From NCBI GenBank assembly GCA_037190965.1, contig JBBCKI010000048.1, positions 82,982-146,981 of the forward strand: a stretch of DNA of 64,000 nt, written 5' to 3'. Of this stretch, positions 49,351 to 57,861 are shown in pieces (position 1 is the first letter of the stretch; each line of letters starts with the position of its first letter). Origin of the DNA: Chthoniobacteraceae bacterium (GTDB taxonomy: Bacteria; Verrucomicrobiota; Verrucomicrobiia; Chthoniobacterales; Chthoniobacteraceae). Below the pieces are notes generated by a model, which worked only from the letters and a program-made list of their open reading frames with translations, did no database searches and had not been told where the DNA came from. Position numbers and translations under genes: made by a program.

Positions 49351-50268
49351 CTACCCGAGAACCTCAAAGTGGCTCATCAGCCGGAAGGACTGATAACGCT
49401 GCTCCAGGTCCTGGTAGGTGAGACTGCGCAGACGCTCCAGCGAGAAGGCCTCCACATTGTAACTGGCCAGCACGCTTCCGTAGACCACCGCCTTGCGGAG
49501 GTGCTCGAAGGTAACCGTCCCGTGGTCCAGGCTGGCGAGATAACCCGCCACCCCGCCCGCGAACGTATCTCCCGCGCCGGTCGGGTCATGGATGTCCTCC
49601 AAAGGATAGGCGGCACAGGAGAAGAAGGCGTTTTCCCCAAAGAGTAGGCAGCCGTGCTCGCCTTTTTTGATGGCGACAAACTTCGGCCCCATTTTGCGAA
49701 TCGCCGCCCCGGCGCGAATCAGCGAAGTCTCCCCGGTAAGCTGGCGCGCTTCGCCGTCATTGAGAATCAGCATATCGACCCGCTTGAGCAGCGCGAGGAG
49801 GTCGTCCTTGGCGATGGAGATCCAGAGATCCATCGTATCGGCAATGACGAACCGCGCACGGCTCATCTGGTCGAGAACATGGCTCTGGAGTTTCGGCGCG
49901 ATATTGGCCAGGAGGACGTAAGGCGTGTCAGTGAAGCTCGGCGGGAGCACCGGCGTGAAATGCTCGAAGACGTTGAGCTCCACGCTGCGGGTCTCGCGGG
50001 TGTTCAGGTCCCAATGATATTCGCCGGACCAGCGGAAGGTTTTTCCCTCCACGATCTGCAACCCTTCCAGATCGATCTTGCGATCGCCGAAAAACTCGAT
50101 GTGCTTTTTGGGGAAGTCGTCGCCGACCACGCCAACAAGATTCACATTCGAAAAAAAGCTCGCGGCCACCGAAGCGTAAGAAGCGGAGCCGCCAAGCAGT
50201 TCGGCGTGTTCTTCAACAGGGGTTTTGACGTGATCGAGCGCAATGGAGCCAACAACGAGAACAGGCAT
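49351..50268 (-). CDS. PfkB-family carbohydrate/nucleoside kinase
   Basis: VVGSIALD, GGSASY, LNDGEA, DPTGAGDTFAGG. Confidence 0.92.
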   Translation of the reverse strand: MPVLVVGSIALDHVKTPVEEHAELLGGSASYASVAASFFSNVNLVGVVGDDFPKKHIEFFGDRKIDLEGLQIVEGKTFRWSGEYHWDLNTRETRSVELNVFEHFTPVLPPSFTDTPYVLLANIAPKLQSHVLDQMSRARFVIADTMDLWISIAKDDLLALLKRVDMLILNDGEARQLTGETSLIRAGAAIRKMGPKFVAIKKGEHGCLLFGENAFFSCAAYPLEDIHDPTGAGDTFAGGVAGYLASLDHGTVTFEHLRKAVVYGSVLASYNVEAFSLERLRSLTYQDLEQRYQSFRLMSHFEVLG

Positions 50269-50323
50269 AAGGGTATAAAAAGGTTCCGGGATGTCTTACC
50301 GGGGTTTTGGGGCGATTGGGAAA

Positions 50324-50980
50324 TCAAAAACGCGCTTCCGCCAGCCGTTGTTTCACATCGCGGCAATACCCCACAATATCGGCGGCCTGCAAAATGCCGG
50401 AAACGATCACCACTCGGCGCGCCCCGGCGTCGAGCACGGCGTCCAGATTTTCCCGCTTGATCCCGCCTATGCAGAAGATCGGCAGATTCACGCGCGCGTG
50501 GACTTCGCGGATCTCGGCAATGCCGATCGGCGTGTAATCGGGCTTCGTTGGCGTGGCAAAGAGCGGCCCAAAGCCGATGTAATCGGGCACATCACGTGGG
50601 TCGGGGGCCGTTGCGGCGGCGACGGCCTGGGCGATGCTGTGCGTCGACTTTCCGACAAGGCGCCCCTCGCCTGTCTCAACGAGACAGCGCGCCTGCGAAA
50701 CCGGCATGTCGTCCTGCCCCACGTGCGCGCCTTCGACGCCGATCTCCCCGGCCAGCGCGGGAGCGTCATTGATGATGAACGGTACCCCGGCCTCGGCGGC
50801 CAGGGGGTGCAAGGCGCGGGCCAGCCCGGCGATTTCCGCCAGCGGGAACCTCTTTGCGCGAAGCTGCACGATATCGACTCCGCCCCGGAGCATCTCCCCA
50901 AGCACCCGGGCCGCATCCCCTGCGGCGACATAGCCAAGATCGAGAATGCCGTAGAGGTGACAGGCGTGGAGCGGTTTCAT
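50324..50980 (-). CDS. thiE: Thiamine-phosphate synthase
   Basis: VQLRAK, FIIND, HVGQDD, GKSTHS, GPLFATPTKP, CIGGI. Confidence 0.93.
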   Translation of the reverse strand: MKPLHACHLYGILDLGYVAAGDAARVLGEMLRGGVDIVQLRAKRFPLAEIAGLARALHPLAAEAGVPFIINDAPALAGEIGVEGAHVGQDDMPVSQARCLVETGEGRLVGKSTHSIAQAVAAATAPDPRDVPDYIGFGPLFATPTKPDYTPIGIAEIREVHARVNLPIFCIGGIKRENLDAVLDAGARRVVIVSGILQAADIVGYCRDVKQRLAEARF

Positions 50981-51018
50981 AAGGAAAGAGATACCGTTTT
51001 GAAACGGGGCCGTCCACC

Positions 51019-51046
51019 GATTGCGGATTTCGGAATGTGGATTGCG
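51019..51046. repeat. Degenerate heptamer tandem repeat x4
   Basis: GATTGCG GATTTCG GAATGTG GATTGCG. Confidence 0.6.
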
Positions 51047-51055
51047 AACCCGTAT

Positions 51056-51655
51056 CTAACGGTCCAGCGTGGATTCGGGAGCCGGTGGGGCTTCCTCCTC
51101 GACCGGAATTTCAGATCCCTCTTCCTCGGCGGGCGGCCGGCTCAGGCAGGCATCGAACACCCGCTGTACCTGATCCCGAACCTCCTGCGAGGACAAATCG
51201 CTCAGGCCCATCCGCAAAAATTTGCGCGCCGTGTCCGGCTCGCCGCATTCGAAGGCAGTTTCAATGCCCTCGATGTAGGCGAGAAGCTCCTGAGGGTGAT
51301 GGCGGAGAATGCGGAAATAAGCCTCCAGCGCCTCCTCGTAACGCTCCTGCTCACGATAAACCCGCGTCAGGTTGTAATCGGGCGGCGGGATTTCCCGGGT
51401 GCCCGGGAAAAAGACCGCATTGAAAAAAATCCGGAATGGAATGGACGCCCATTCGATCAACTCGGGAGCGATGCAGGCCACGCCTCCCACCATGAAGCCG
51501 ATGCCCGAAAGCAGGCCCGGAATTCCCACCGCCACCTCGCCGACCGCCTCATCGACGGCAACCGGGATGCCGGCGGTCACGCGCCGGTAAGCCGTGTAAA
51601 AAAGGGCAATCGCAGCAAGCCAACGGATCACCGTAAAAATTTGCCTTATTTTCAT
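51056..51655 (-). CDS. Hypothetical membrane protein with TPR-like C-terminus
   Basis: Two N-terminal TM segments; ERYEEALEAYFRILRHHP. Confidence 0.7.
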   Translation of the reverse strand: MKIRQIFTVIRWLAAIALFYTAYRRVTAGIPVAVDEAVGEVAVGIPGLLSGIGFMVGGVACIAPELIEWASIPFRIFFNAVFFPGTREIPPPDYNLTRVYREQERYEEALEAYFRILRHHPQELLAYIEGIETAFECGEPDTARKFLRMGLSDLSSQEVRDQVQRVFDACLSRPPAEEEGSEIPVEEEAPPAPESTLDR

Positions 51656-51980
51656 TGGGGAGGTGGGGGAGAGTTGGGGGGATGGCGCCAGCGAATATCC
51701 GTCGCCGAAAATTGCCGAAATTGAGGAAAGAACCCACATGATAAATTCTATTTCTTCATTTTTCCAGCAAGAACTCAGCGCGCCCCGGGAGGCGCGATCC
51801 AGCGCAACCTTCTCTGTGGGGCAGGGTTTCTCCTAGAAGATTTGAACATCTCCGCCCGGGCGATGTCTCAATACCAGAACCTTAAAAAAACGAAACCAGT
51901 GATCCCATTTGAACCATCCGCGAGCAAGGCAAAGCTCCGGACCGAATCTCATATTGGAACACTTTTCAAAGGCTACTCTT

Positions 51981-52871
51981 ATGGCAGCTGAAGATACAGA
52001 TTCCGGGATCAAAATTTATCTGCGCGAGATCGGTCAGATCTCGCTCCTCACCCCTCAGGATGAGATTGACCTGGCAGCCCGAATCAAGAAGGGCGACAAG
52101 GAAGCGCGAAGCATCATGATCAGGGCCAACCTGAGGCTGGTGGTCAAGATTGCTCATGACTACGCGAACCTCGGGCTCCCGTTGCTCGACCTGATCTCGG
52201 AAGGCAACATCGGCCTGATGAAGGCCGTTGAACGCTTCGACCCAGCAAAAGGAGGGAAACTGAGCACGTACGCCGCCTGGTGGATCAAGCAGTCGATCAA
52301 GCGCGCGCTGGCCAACCAGAGCAAGACGATCCGCCTCCCGGTTCACTTGGTGGACAAAATTTCCAAGATGCGCCGGGTATCGCTCCAGATGAGCGAGGAA
52401 CTGGGCCGCGAACCGACCGATGACGAGCTTGCCGAAGAGGTGGGCCTCTCCAGCGCCAAGGTGTCGCACCTGAAAACCGTCGCCATTCGCCCGGCCTCGC
52501 TGGATGCCCCAATCAGCGACGACGATAACACCGCCTTCGGCGAAATTGTCGGCGACGAAGAGGCGCTGACTCCTTTCGAACTGCTCCGCGACAAGAATCT
52601 CCGCGATGAAGTGGGCGATCTGCTCGCCGTGCTCGATGAGCGGGAAAAGAAAATTATCTTCTCCCGTTTCGGGCTCGATGGAGGCAAGCCGCGTACGCTC
52701 GAGGAGGTCGGCAAAAAATTCGGCGTCACCCGTGAACGCATCCGGCAGTTGCAGAACATCGCGCTCTCGAAACTCCGCCGCGCGCTCCAGAAAAAGGAGC
52801 GCCCCGCCATCCAAAGCCTCACCGAGACGCAGGCGAAGGAGGCAGGGTTGGAGGAGTTGGAGATCGAGTAG
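51981..52871 (+). CDS. RpoD/SigA-family sigma-70 factor (short, no region 1.1)
   Basis: IYLREIG, ANLRLVVKIA, DLISEGNIGLMKAVERFD, STYAAWWIKQSI, TLEEVG…VTRERIRQ. Confidence 0.95.
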   Translation: MAAEDTDSGIKIYLREIGQISLLTPQDEIDLAARIKKGDKEARSIMIRANLRLVVKIAHDYANLGLPLLDLISEGNIGLMKAVERFDPAKGGKLSTYAAWWIKQSIKRALANQSKTIRLPVHLVDKISKMRRVSLQMSEELGREPTDDELAEEVGLSSAKVSHLKTVAIRPASLDAPISDDDNTAFGEIVGDEEALTPFELLRDKNLRDEVGDLLAVLDEREKKIIFSRFGLDGGKPRTLEEVGKKFGVTRERIRQLQNIALSKLRRALQKKERPAIQSLTETQAKEAGLEELEIE

Positions 52872-52879
52872 GCACGGAC

Positions 52880-53072
52880 GGTGCGGCAGCACCGGTAGTC
52901 CGCTCGCGCCGTCGAGCGCGGGTATCGGCTCCCGAGGCTCCAAAGCTCCAAGGCTCCCTCGAACCTGCATCCCAGCAATCGAATTGGCCGCGTCCGGCTG
53001 GGATGGGAGTCAAGCCGTCACGACGTCAATACCCGCGCTCTCGGCGAGAGCGGGCTACCTTCGTCCGTCCTG
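52880..53072 (+). repeat. REPIN-like element copy 5 (+ TTCGTCCGTCCTG tail shared with tandem array)
   Basis: Both arms, core closest to array units; internal GGCTCC micro-duplication. Confidence 0.9.
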
Positions 53073-53094
53073 ATCGGGCGGATTTTGCGCCACC

Positions 53095-54498
53095 TCAATT
53101 GATCGGCCTTACCTGAATTGAGTCGTAGAGTTCTTCTCCCGCGAGCAAATCGCTGACGATCACCAGATTGTCGCCGGGCGCAACGAGGCCGCGTTCGCGC
53201 AACAGCTTCTCGGCATTGCGGATGGTCACGCCGGGGTCGGAATCAAACGGCATCAGGATCGGAAACGTTCCCCAGTTGAGCACGATCCTGCGGCAAACCT
53301 CGGCGCTGTTTGCGAAAGTGAAGATCGGAGCGCGATGCGGACGGCGCGCGGAGACGACATCCGCCATCAGCCCGCGCCGGGTAAAGACCGCAATACAGGC
53401 GTGCTCCAATGAGTTCGCCAGCACCACCGCGGACTGCACCGTCCGTTGCCGGTCGGTGCGCAAAACGGCTTCTCCGGCGTAACCCGCCCCACCGCTCCGT
53501 TCAATGCGGCGAGTCACGCGATCGAGCACTTTCACACACTCGACCGGGTATTTCCCGACCGCGGTTTCCCCGCTCAGCATCACCGCGTCGGCCTGCTCGT
53601 AGGCGGCGTTGGCGACGTCGGTGACTTCGGCGCGGGTCGGCACGGGGCTGACGATCATCGATTCGAGAAGCTGCGTCGCGACGATGACCGGGCGGCCCAC
53701 ATGCAGGCAATGCTTGACGATTTTGCGCTGGATGATGGGAAGATCCTCCATCGCACATTCGATCCCGAGATCGCCCCGCGCAACCATGATGATGTCCGCC
53801 TTTTCCACAATCCCACGGAGATTGCGCATCGCGAGTTGGTCCTCGATTTTCGCTACGATCCGCGCGCGGCTGCCATGAGCGCGCAGCAATTGGCGAAGCA
53901 TCTCCACGTCCTGCGGTTCCCGGCAAAAACTGAGCGCGACCATGTCCACCCCCAGGCTCGTCCCCAGGGCAATATCGGCACGGTCCTTCTCCGTCAAAGC
54001 AGGAAGTTTGACCCTCACGCCGGGGAGATTGATGTGCCTGCGCGAGCCAAGGAGGCCCGCCGTTAGCACGCGAGCGTGAATCCTGTCGACATCCTTCTCA
54101 AGGACTTCCAGATGAATCAACCCATTATCGACCAGTACCCGGTCGCCAACCGAGAGATCGTCCACCAGGCCGTCATAGTTGACGCTCGTGGAAAAACGCT
54201 CCCGGGGAGCCGCGCCGCGCACCGTCAGTTCAATCGCGTCGCCCGGCTTCAGGTCGAACTTCTCCGGGAGATCGCCCGTGCGGATCGCGGGGCCTTGCGT
54301 ATCGAGTAGGATTCCGACAATGACGCCCATTTCCTCGGCCACGCCCCGGATGCGCGGGACGATCGCCCGCACCCAGTCGTGCGCCGCGTGGCTCATGTTG
54401 AGGCGAAAAAGGTTGGTGCCCGCCGCCACCATTTCGCGGATGACCGCCTCGGTTTCCGAAGCAGGCCCCAGCGTGCAAATGATCTTCGTTTTGCGCAT
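53095..54498 (-). CDS. pyk: Pyruvate kinase
   Basis: RKTKIICTLGPAS, RLNMSH, DTQGPAIRTG, VAKIE, MVARGDLG, AVMLSGETA. Confidence 0.97.
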   Translation of the reverse strand: MRKTKIICTLGPASETEAVIREMVAAGTNLFRLNMSHAAHDWVRAIVPRIRGVAEEMGVIVGILLDTQGPAIRTGDLPEKFDLKPGDAIELTVRGAAPRERFSTSVNYDGLVDDLSVGDRVLVDNGLIHLEVLEKDVDRIHARVLTAGLLGSRRHINLPGVRVKLPALTEKDRADIALGTSLGVDMVALSFCREPQDVEMLRQLLRAHGSRARIVAKIEDQLAMRNLRGIVEKADIIMVARGDLGIECAMEDLPIIQRKIVKHCLHVGRPVIVATQLLESMIVSPVPTRAEVTDVANAAYEQADAVMLSGETAVGKYPVECVKVLDRVTRRIERSGGAGYAGEAVLRTDRQRTVQSAVVLANSLEHACIAVFTRRGLMADVVSARRPHRAPIFTFANSAEVCRRIVLNWGTFPILMPFDSDPGVTIRNAEKLLRERGLVAPGDNLVIVSDLLAGEELYDSIQVRPIN

Positions 54499-54584
54499 CG
54501 CCTTCAACAAGGCCGCGAATCCACCGCCACTGCAAGTTGAAACCGGGATTGCAGTGAAGAAGGGGGAACGTTATAGGCAATGGA

Positions 54585-55349
54585 ATGCACTCTTCGCATT
54601 CCTCGGAGACCCAACGTCTCATTGCGCTTTCCCACGATCTCGGAGCTGAACACCGCAAGCTGGCCATCCTTGGTGAAGGAAACACCTCCTGCCGTCTGGA
54701 GGGAGGCACTTTTCTCGTCAAAGCAAGCGGCAGTTCGCTCGGCACGATGCAGGAGTGCGACGTGGTGGAATGCCGTACCGCGCCGCTGCTGGCGATGCTG
54801 GAGCGTGACGACCTGACCGACCAGCAGATCGAGGACGAGCTTTTCGCCTGCCGCGTCGATGTCGAAGCCAAAAAGCCATCGGTCGAGGCGCTCTTCCATG
54901 CCTATCTTCTTTCCCTCCCCGGCGTGAACTTCGTCGGGCATACCCACTCGGTGACCGTCAACCAGATCCTCTGTTCCCCGCGCGCCCGCGACTTTGCGGA
55001 TCGCAAGCTCTTCCCGGACGAAATCGTCTGCTGCGGCCCGGCCTCCGGCTTCGTGCCGTACACCGACCCGGGGCTGAAACTCTCCCAGGCCATCCGCGAG
55101 GAAACGCTTCGCTACATGGAAAAATGGGGCAAAGCGCCCCGTGTCATCCTGCTGGAAAACCACGGCATCATCACTCTGGGAGCCTCCCCGGAAGCCGTCA
55201 AGGCGGCGATGTTCATGGCCGAAAAGAGCGCCGGGATCTTCGCGGGAGCGGCAGCCCTCGGCGGACCGAAGTTCCTGAGCGAAGAAGATGTGGACCGGAT
55301 CGCCAACCGGATCGACGAGCACTACCGGCAACGGGCGTTGAAGCTGTAA
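54585..55349 (+). CDS. Class II aldolase/adducin family protein
   Basis: GEGNTS, KPSVEALFH, VGHTHS, PYTDPG, LENHG. Confidence 0.9.
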   Translation: MHSSHSSETQRLIALSHDLGAEHRKLAILGEGNTSCRLEGGTFLVKASGSSLGTMQECDVVECRTAPLLAMLERDDLTDQQIEDELFACRVDVEAKKPSVEALFHAYLLSLPGVNFVGHTHSVTVNQILCSPRARDFADRKLFPDEIVCCGPASGFVPYTDPGLKLSQAIREETLRYMEKWGKAPRVILLENHGIITLGASPEAVKAAMFMAEKSAGIFAGAAALGGPKFLSEEDVDRIANRIDEHYRQRALKL

Positions 55350-55405
55350 GAACCTTTGTCCGTCCATGCAATCGGATCGCTGACGACCACCAGATTTTCG
55401 CCAAC

Positions 55406-56075
55406 CGCCAGGGTCGGAGTCAAATGGTGCGGCAGCACCGGTAGTCCGCTCGCGCCGTCGAGCGTGGGTATCGGCCTCCGAGGCTCCCTCGAACCTACAT
55501 CCCAGCAACCATCCGCGTCCGGTTGGGATGAGGGTCAAGCGCGGTGCGGCGTCGATACCCGCGCTCTCGGCGAGAGCGGGCTACCTTCGTCCGTCCTGCT
55601 CTCGGATCCCTGATCGGCATTCGCATAGCGTCTCGGCGCTGCGCCAGGGTCGGGGTCAAATGGTGCGGCAGCACCGGTAGCCCGCTCGCGCCGTCGAGCG
55701 CGGGTATCGGCCTCCGAGGCTCCCTCGAACCTACATCCCAGCAACCATCCGCGTCCGGTTGGGATGAGGGTCCAGCGCGGTGCGGCGTCGATACCCGCGC
55801 TCTCGGCGAGAGCGGGCTACCTTCGTCCGTCCTGCTCTCGGATCGCTGATCGCCATTCGCATAGCGTCTCGGCGCTGCGCCAGGGGCGGGGCCAAATGGT
55901 GCGGTAGCACCGGTAGTCCGCTCGCGCCGTCGAGCGCGGGTATCGGCCCTCGGGGCTCCCTCGAACCTACATCCCAGCAGCCATCCGCGGTCGGTTGGGA
56001 TGAGGGTCAAGCGCGGTGCGGCGTCGATACCCGCGCTCTCGGCGAGAGCGGACTACCTTCGTCCGTCCTGCTCTC
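55406..56075 (+). repeat. Tandem array of ~2.8 units of 236 bp, each containing one REPIN-like element (copies 6-8)
   Basis: Cap starts at 55425, 55661 and 55897 (exact 236 spacing); units nearly identical; degenerate linker remnant at ~55358-55390. Confidence 0.95.
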
Positions 56076-56332
56076 CGCACGCTATCTCCTTGCCCTAATT
56101 TTCCCCATGCGGTAGATTTTCAATACGACAGAACATATTTTTTAAACAATCCAGCGTAAGCAAATCAAGGCACTCCGAAACCTGAGAAATTTCGTGCTTT
56201 CTAAGACGTTTGAGCTTCCGCGCCCGGTTGGGCGCGGTCTCGTGTCATCGTCTTAGAAGGCTTCTCAGGGCCTCGGAGTGGATGCGCGATGGCCGCGCTC
56301 CTTTTTTTGCTCACTTCTCCCCAGAGCAAAAA

Positions 56333-56968
56333 GTGAAACCCAAGGACGAAACCACCCCCTTTGTCGAAAACCTCATCAGGCACTCCCGCCACTACGCGGG
56401 AATCGGATCGCGCGAGGCCCCCCGCTCCGCCCTCATTCTGATCGCCAAACTCGCCACCACTTTGGCGCACTATGGCCTGACATTGAGGAGCGGAGGATCT
56501 CCCGGTGCGGACACCGCCTTCGAACGAGGGTGCGGCAGGGCCAAAGGAAAGAAGGAAATCTTCCTCCCATGGAAAGGGTTCAACGGGAACAAATCCCCCT
56601 TTTTTGAGCCTCCCGAACAGGCTGAAATCCTGGCCTCCCTCCACCATCCGAACTGGAGAGCCTGTTCGCGTGCGGCTCGGAAACTCCATGCCCGAAATTG
56701 CCAGCAGGTTTGCGGGCTGGATATGGAATTCCCGGTCGATTTCGTCCTTTTCTGGGCACCGGAGAAAGGCGGCATCGTGAAAGGAGGGACCGCCACGGCG
56801 GTCTCCCTTGCCCGGGAAATGCAAATTCCCACTTTCAATCTATGGGATGAGGCAATACGGGAGACGTGGAAGGAACTGGTGAACGTGTATGAGCAAAGGA
56901 AGCGGCGATTCTGGAAGAGGGTCTTCGAGTGGATGCAAAGGCCGGCGAACGGGGAGGGCAGGCGGTGA
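56333..56968 (+). CDS. SLOG-superfamily (DprA/Smf-like) nucleotide-binding protein
   Basis: YAGIGSR, LRSGGSPGADTAFE, IFLPWKGF, LHARN..QV.G, GGTATAV, IPTFNL; start uncertain (GTG 56333 or ATG 56282). Confidence 0.8.
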   Translation: MKPKDETTPFVENLIRHSRHYAGIGSREAPRSALILIAKLATTLAHYGLTLRSGGSPGADTAFERGCGRAKGKKEIFLPWKGFNGNKSPFFEPPEQAEILASLHHPNWRACSRAARKLHARNCQQVCGLDMEFPVDFVLFWAPEKGGIVKGGTATAVSLAREMQIPTFNLWDEAIRETWKELVNVYEQRKRRFWKRVFEWMQRPANGEGRR

Positions 56969-57180
56969 AACTGGATTCTGTCCTGCTGCAACAGGTGGAG
57001 ATCCATTGCAGCGGCGCGAATATTCACACGGCGTTAAATCTCATGGCGGGCTACATCACGGCGGTACGAGAGTTAAAAAATGGCGATGAAGATTTCCGGC
57101 CCATCGCGACGGAAGCAGAAAAGCAATTGCGGGCCCTTCTGGTGAAACTTCGGCTGGAACGATGGCCTGATTTTGGTTGA
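56965..57180 (+). CDS. Small helical hypothetical protein (71 aa)
   Basis: GTGA overlap with the SLOG stop, GGAGGG RBS upstream. Confidence 0.6.
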   Translation: MKLDSVLLQQVEIHCSGANIHTALNLMAGYITAVRELKNGDEDFRPIATEAEKQLRALLVKLRLERWPDFG

Positions 57181-57210
57181 AATCAGCGCCGTAATACATA
57201 GTTTTACGAC

Positions 57211-57441
57211 ATGGTCAAAACGATTACCAAAATCGGGAACTCTCAAGGGATTATTTTTGACTCGGCACTGCTCGACCTGACTCATCTCCGGGTCGGAGAT
57301 CAGGTGGATGTGACGATAACCCCCGAGAGCGGTGCGATTACGCTGATGCCTATCCGGAAAGGGCCTACTCGGGAAGAGATTCAGGCTACCATCGCAAAAA
57401 CAGTCAAAGATTATCGGACAACCCTGAAGAAACTCTCGTGA
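57211..57441 (+). CDS. AbrB/MazE/SpoVT-family antitoxin
   Basis: KTITKIGNSQGIIFD…LRVGDQV; GTGA overlap with toxin. Confidence 0.9.
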   Translation: MVKTITKIGNSQGIIFDSALLDLTHLRVGDQVDVTITPESGAITLMPIRKGPTREEIQATIAKTVKDYRTTLKKLS

Positions 57442-57836
57442 GCGCAACGCCCGACGATTGTTTCCATCTTTCCGTCCCCACCGTTCGCGAAATTCATGAA
57501 GCGGTGCTGGCCGAGTGCGGCGGGCTGGCAGGTGTGGGAGATGAAGGATTGCTGACATCCGCTGTCTTTGCACCACAGGCCAGCTTCGCAGGTAAATCGC
57601 CCTATTGCGATCTCGTCGAAATCGCGGCGGCTTATCTGTTTTATCTTTGCCGAAACCATCCGTTTCTTGATGGGAACAAGCGGACGGCCGTGACATCGGC
57701 CATCGTGTTTCTTCGTTTGAACGGAATTGAACCGATGCCGGACAGCGACGACTGGGAAGCCCTCGTCATCGATGTCGCCGCGAGCCGCCTCGACCGCGAT
57801 GCCACCACGGCGCGGCTTCGGGCTTTGATCCCCTGA
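57438..57836 (+). CDS. doc: Death-on-curing (Doc/Fic) type II toxin
   Basis: HPFLDGNKRTA Doc-type motif; 132 aa. Confidence 0.9.
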   Translation: MSATPDDCFHLSVPTVREIHEAVLAECGGLAGVGDEGLLTSAVFAPQASFAGKSPYCDLVEIAAAYLFYLCRNHPFLDGNKRTAVTSAIVFLRLNGIEPMPDSDDWEALVIDVAASRLDRDATTARLRALIP

Positions 57837-57861
57837 CTTTTTACCTGATTTCCAACCACAC

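Noticed and set aside
55356..56115. Repeated small ORFs (WCGSTGSPLAP…RALGESGLP) here and at 11274, 19444, 23203, 47020, 59197
   Set aside because: They are translations of the GC-rich palindromic repeat; starts, frames and stops differ between copies and there are no consistent RBSs
55406..56200. Tandem array followed by an AT-rich stretch as a CRISPR array with leader
   Set aside because: Units are 236 bp and near-identical throughout; no unique spacers and no cas genes
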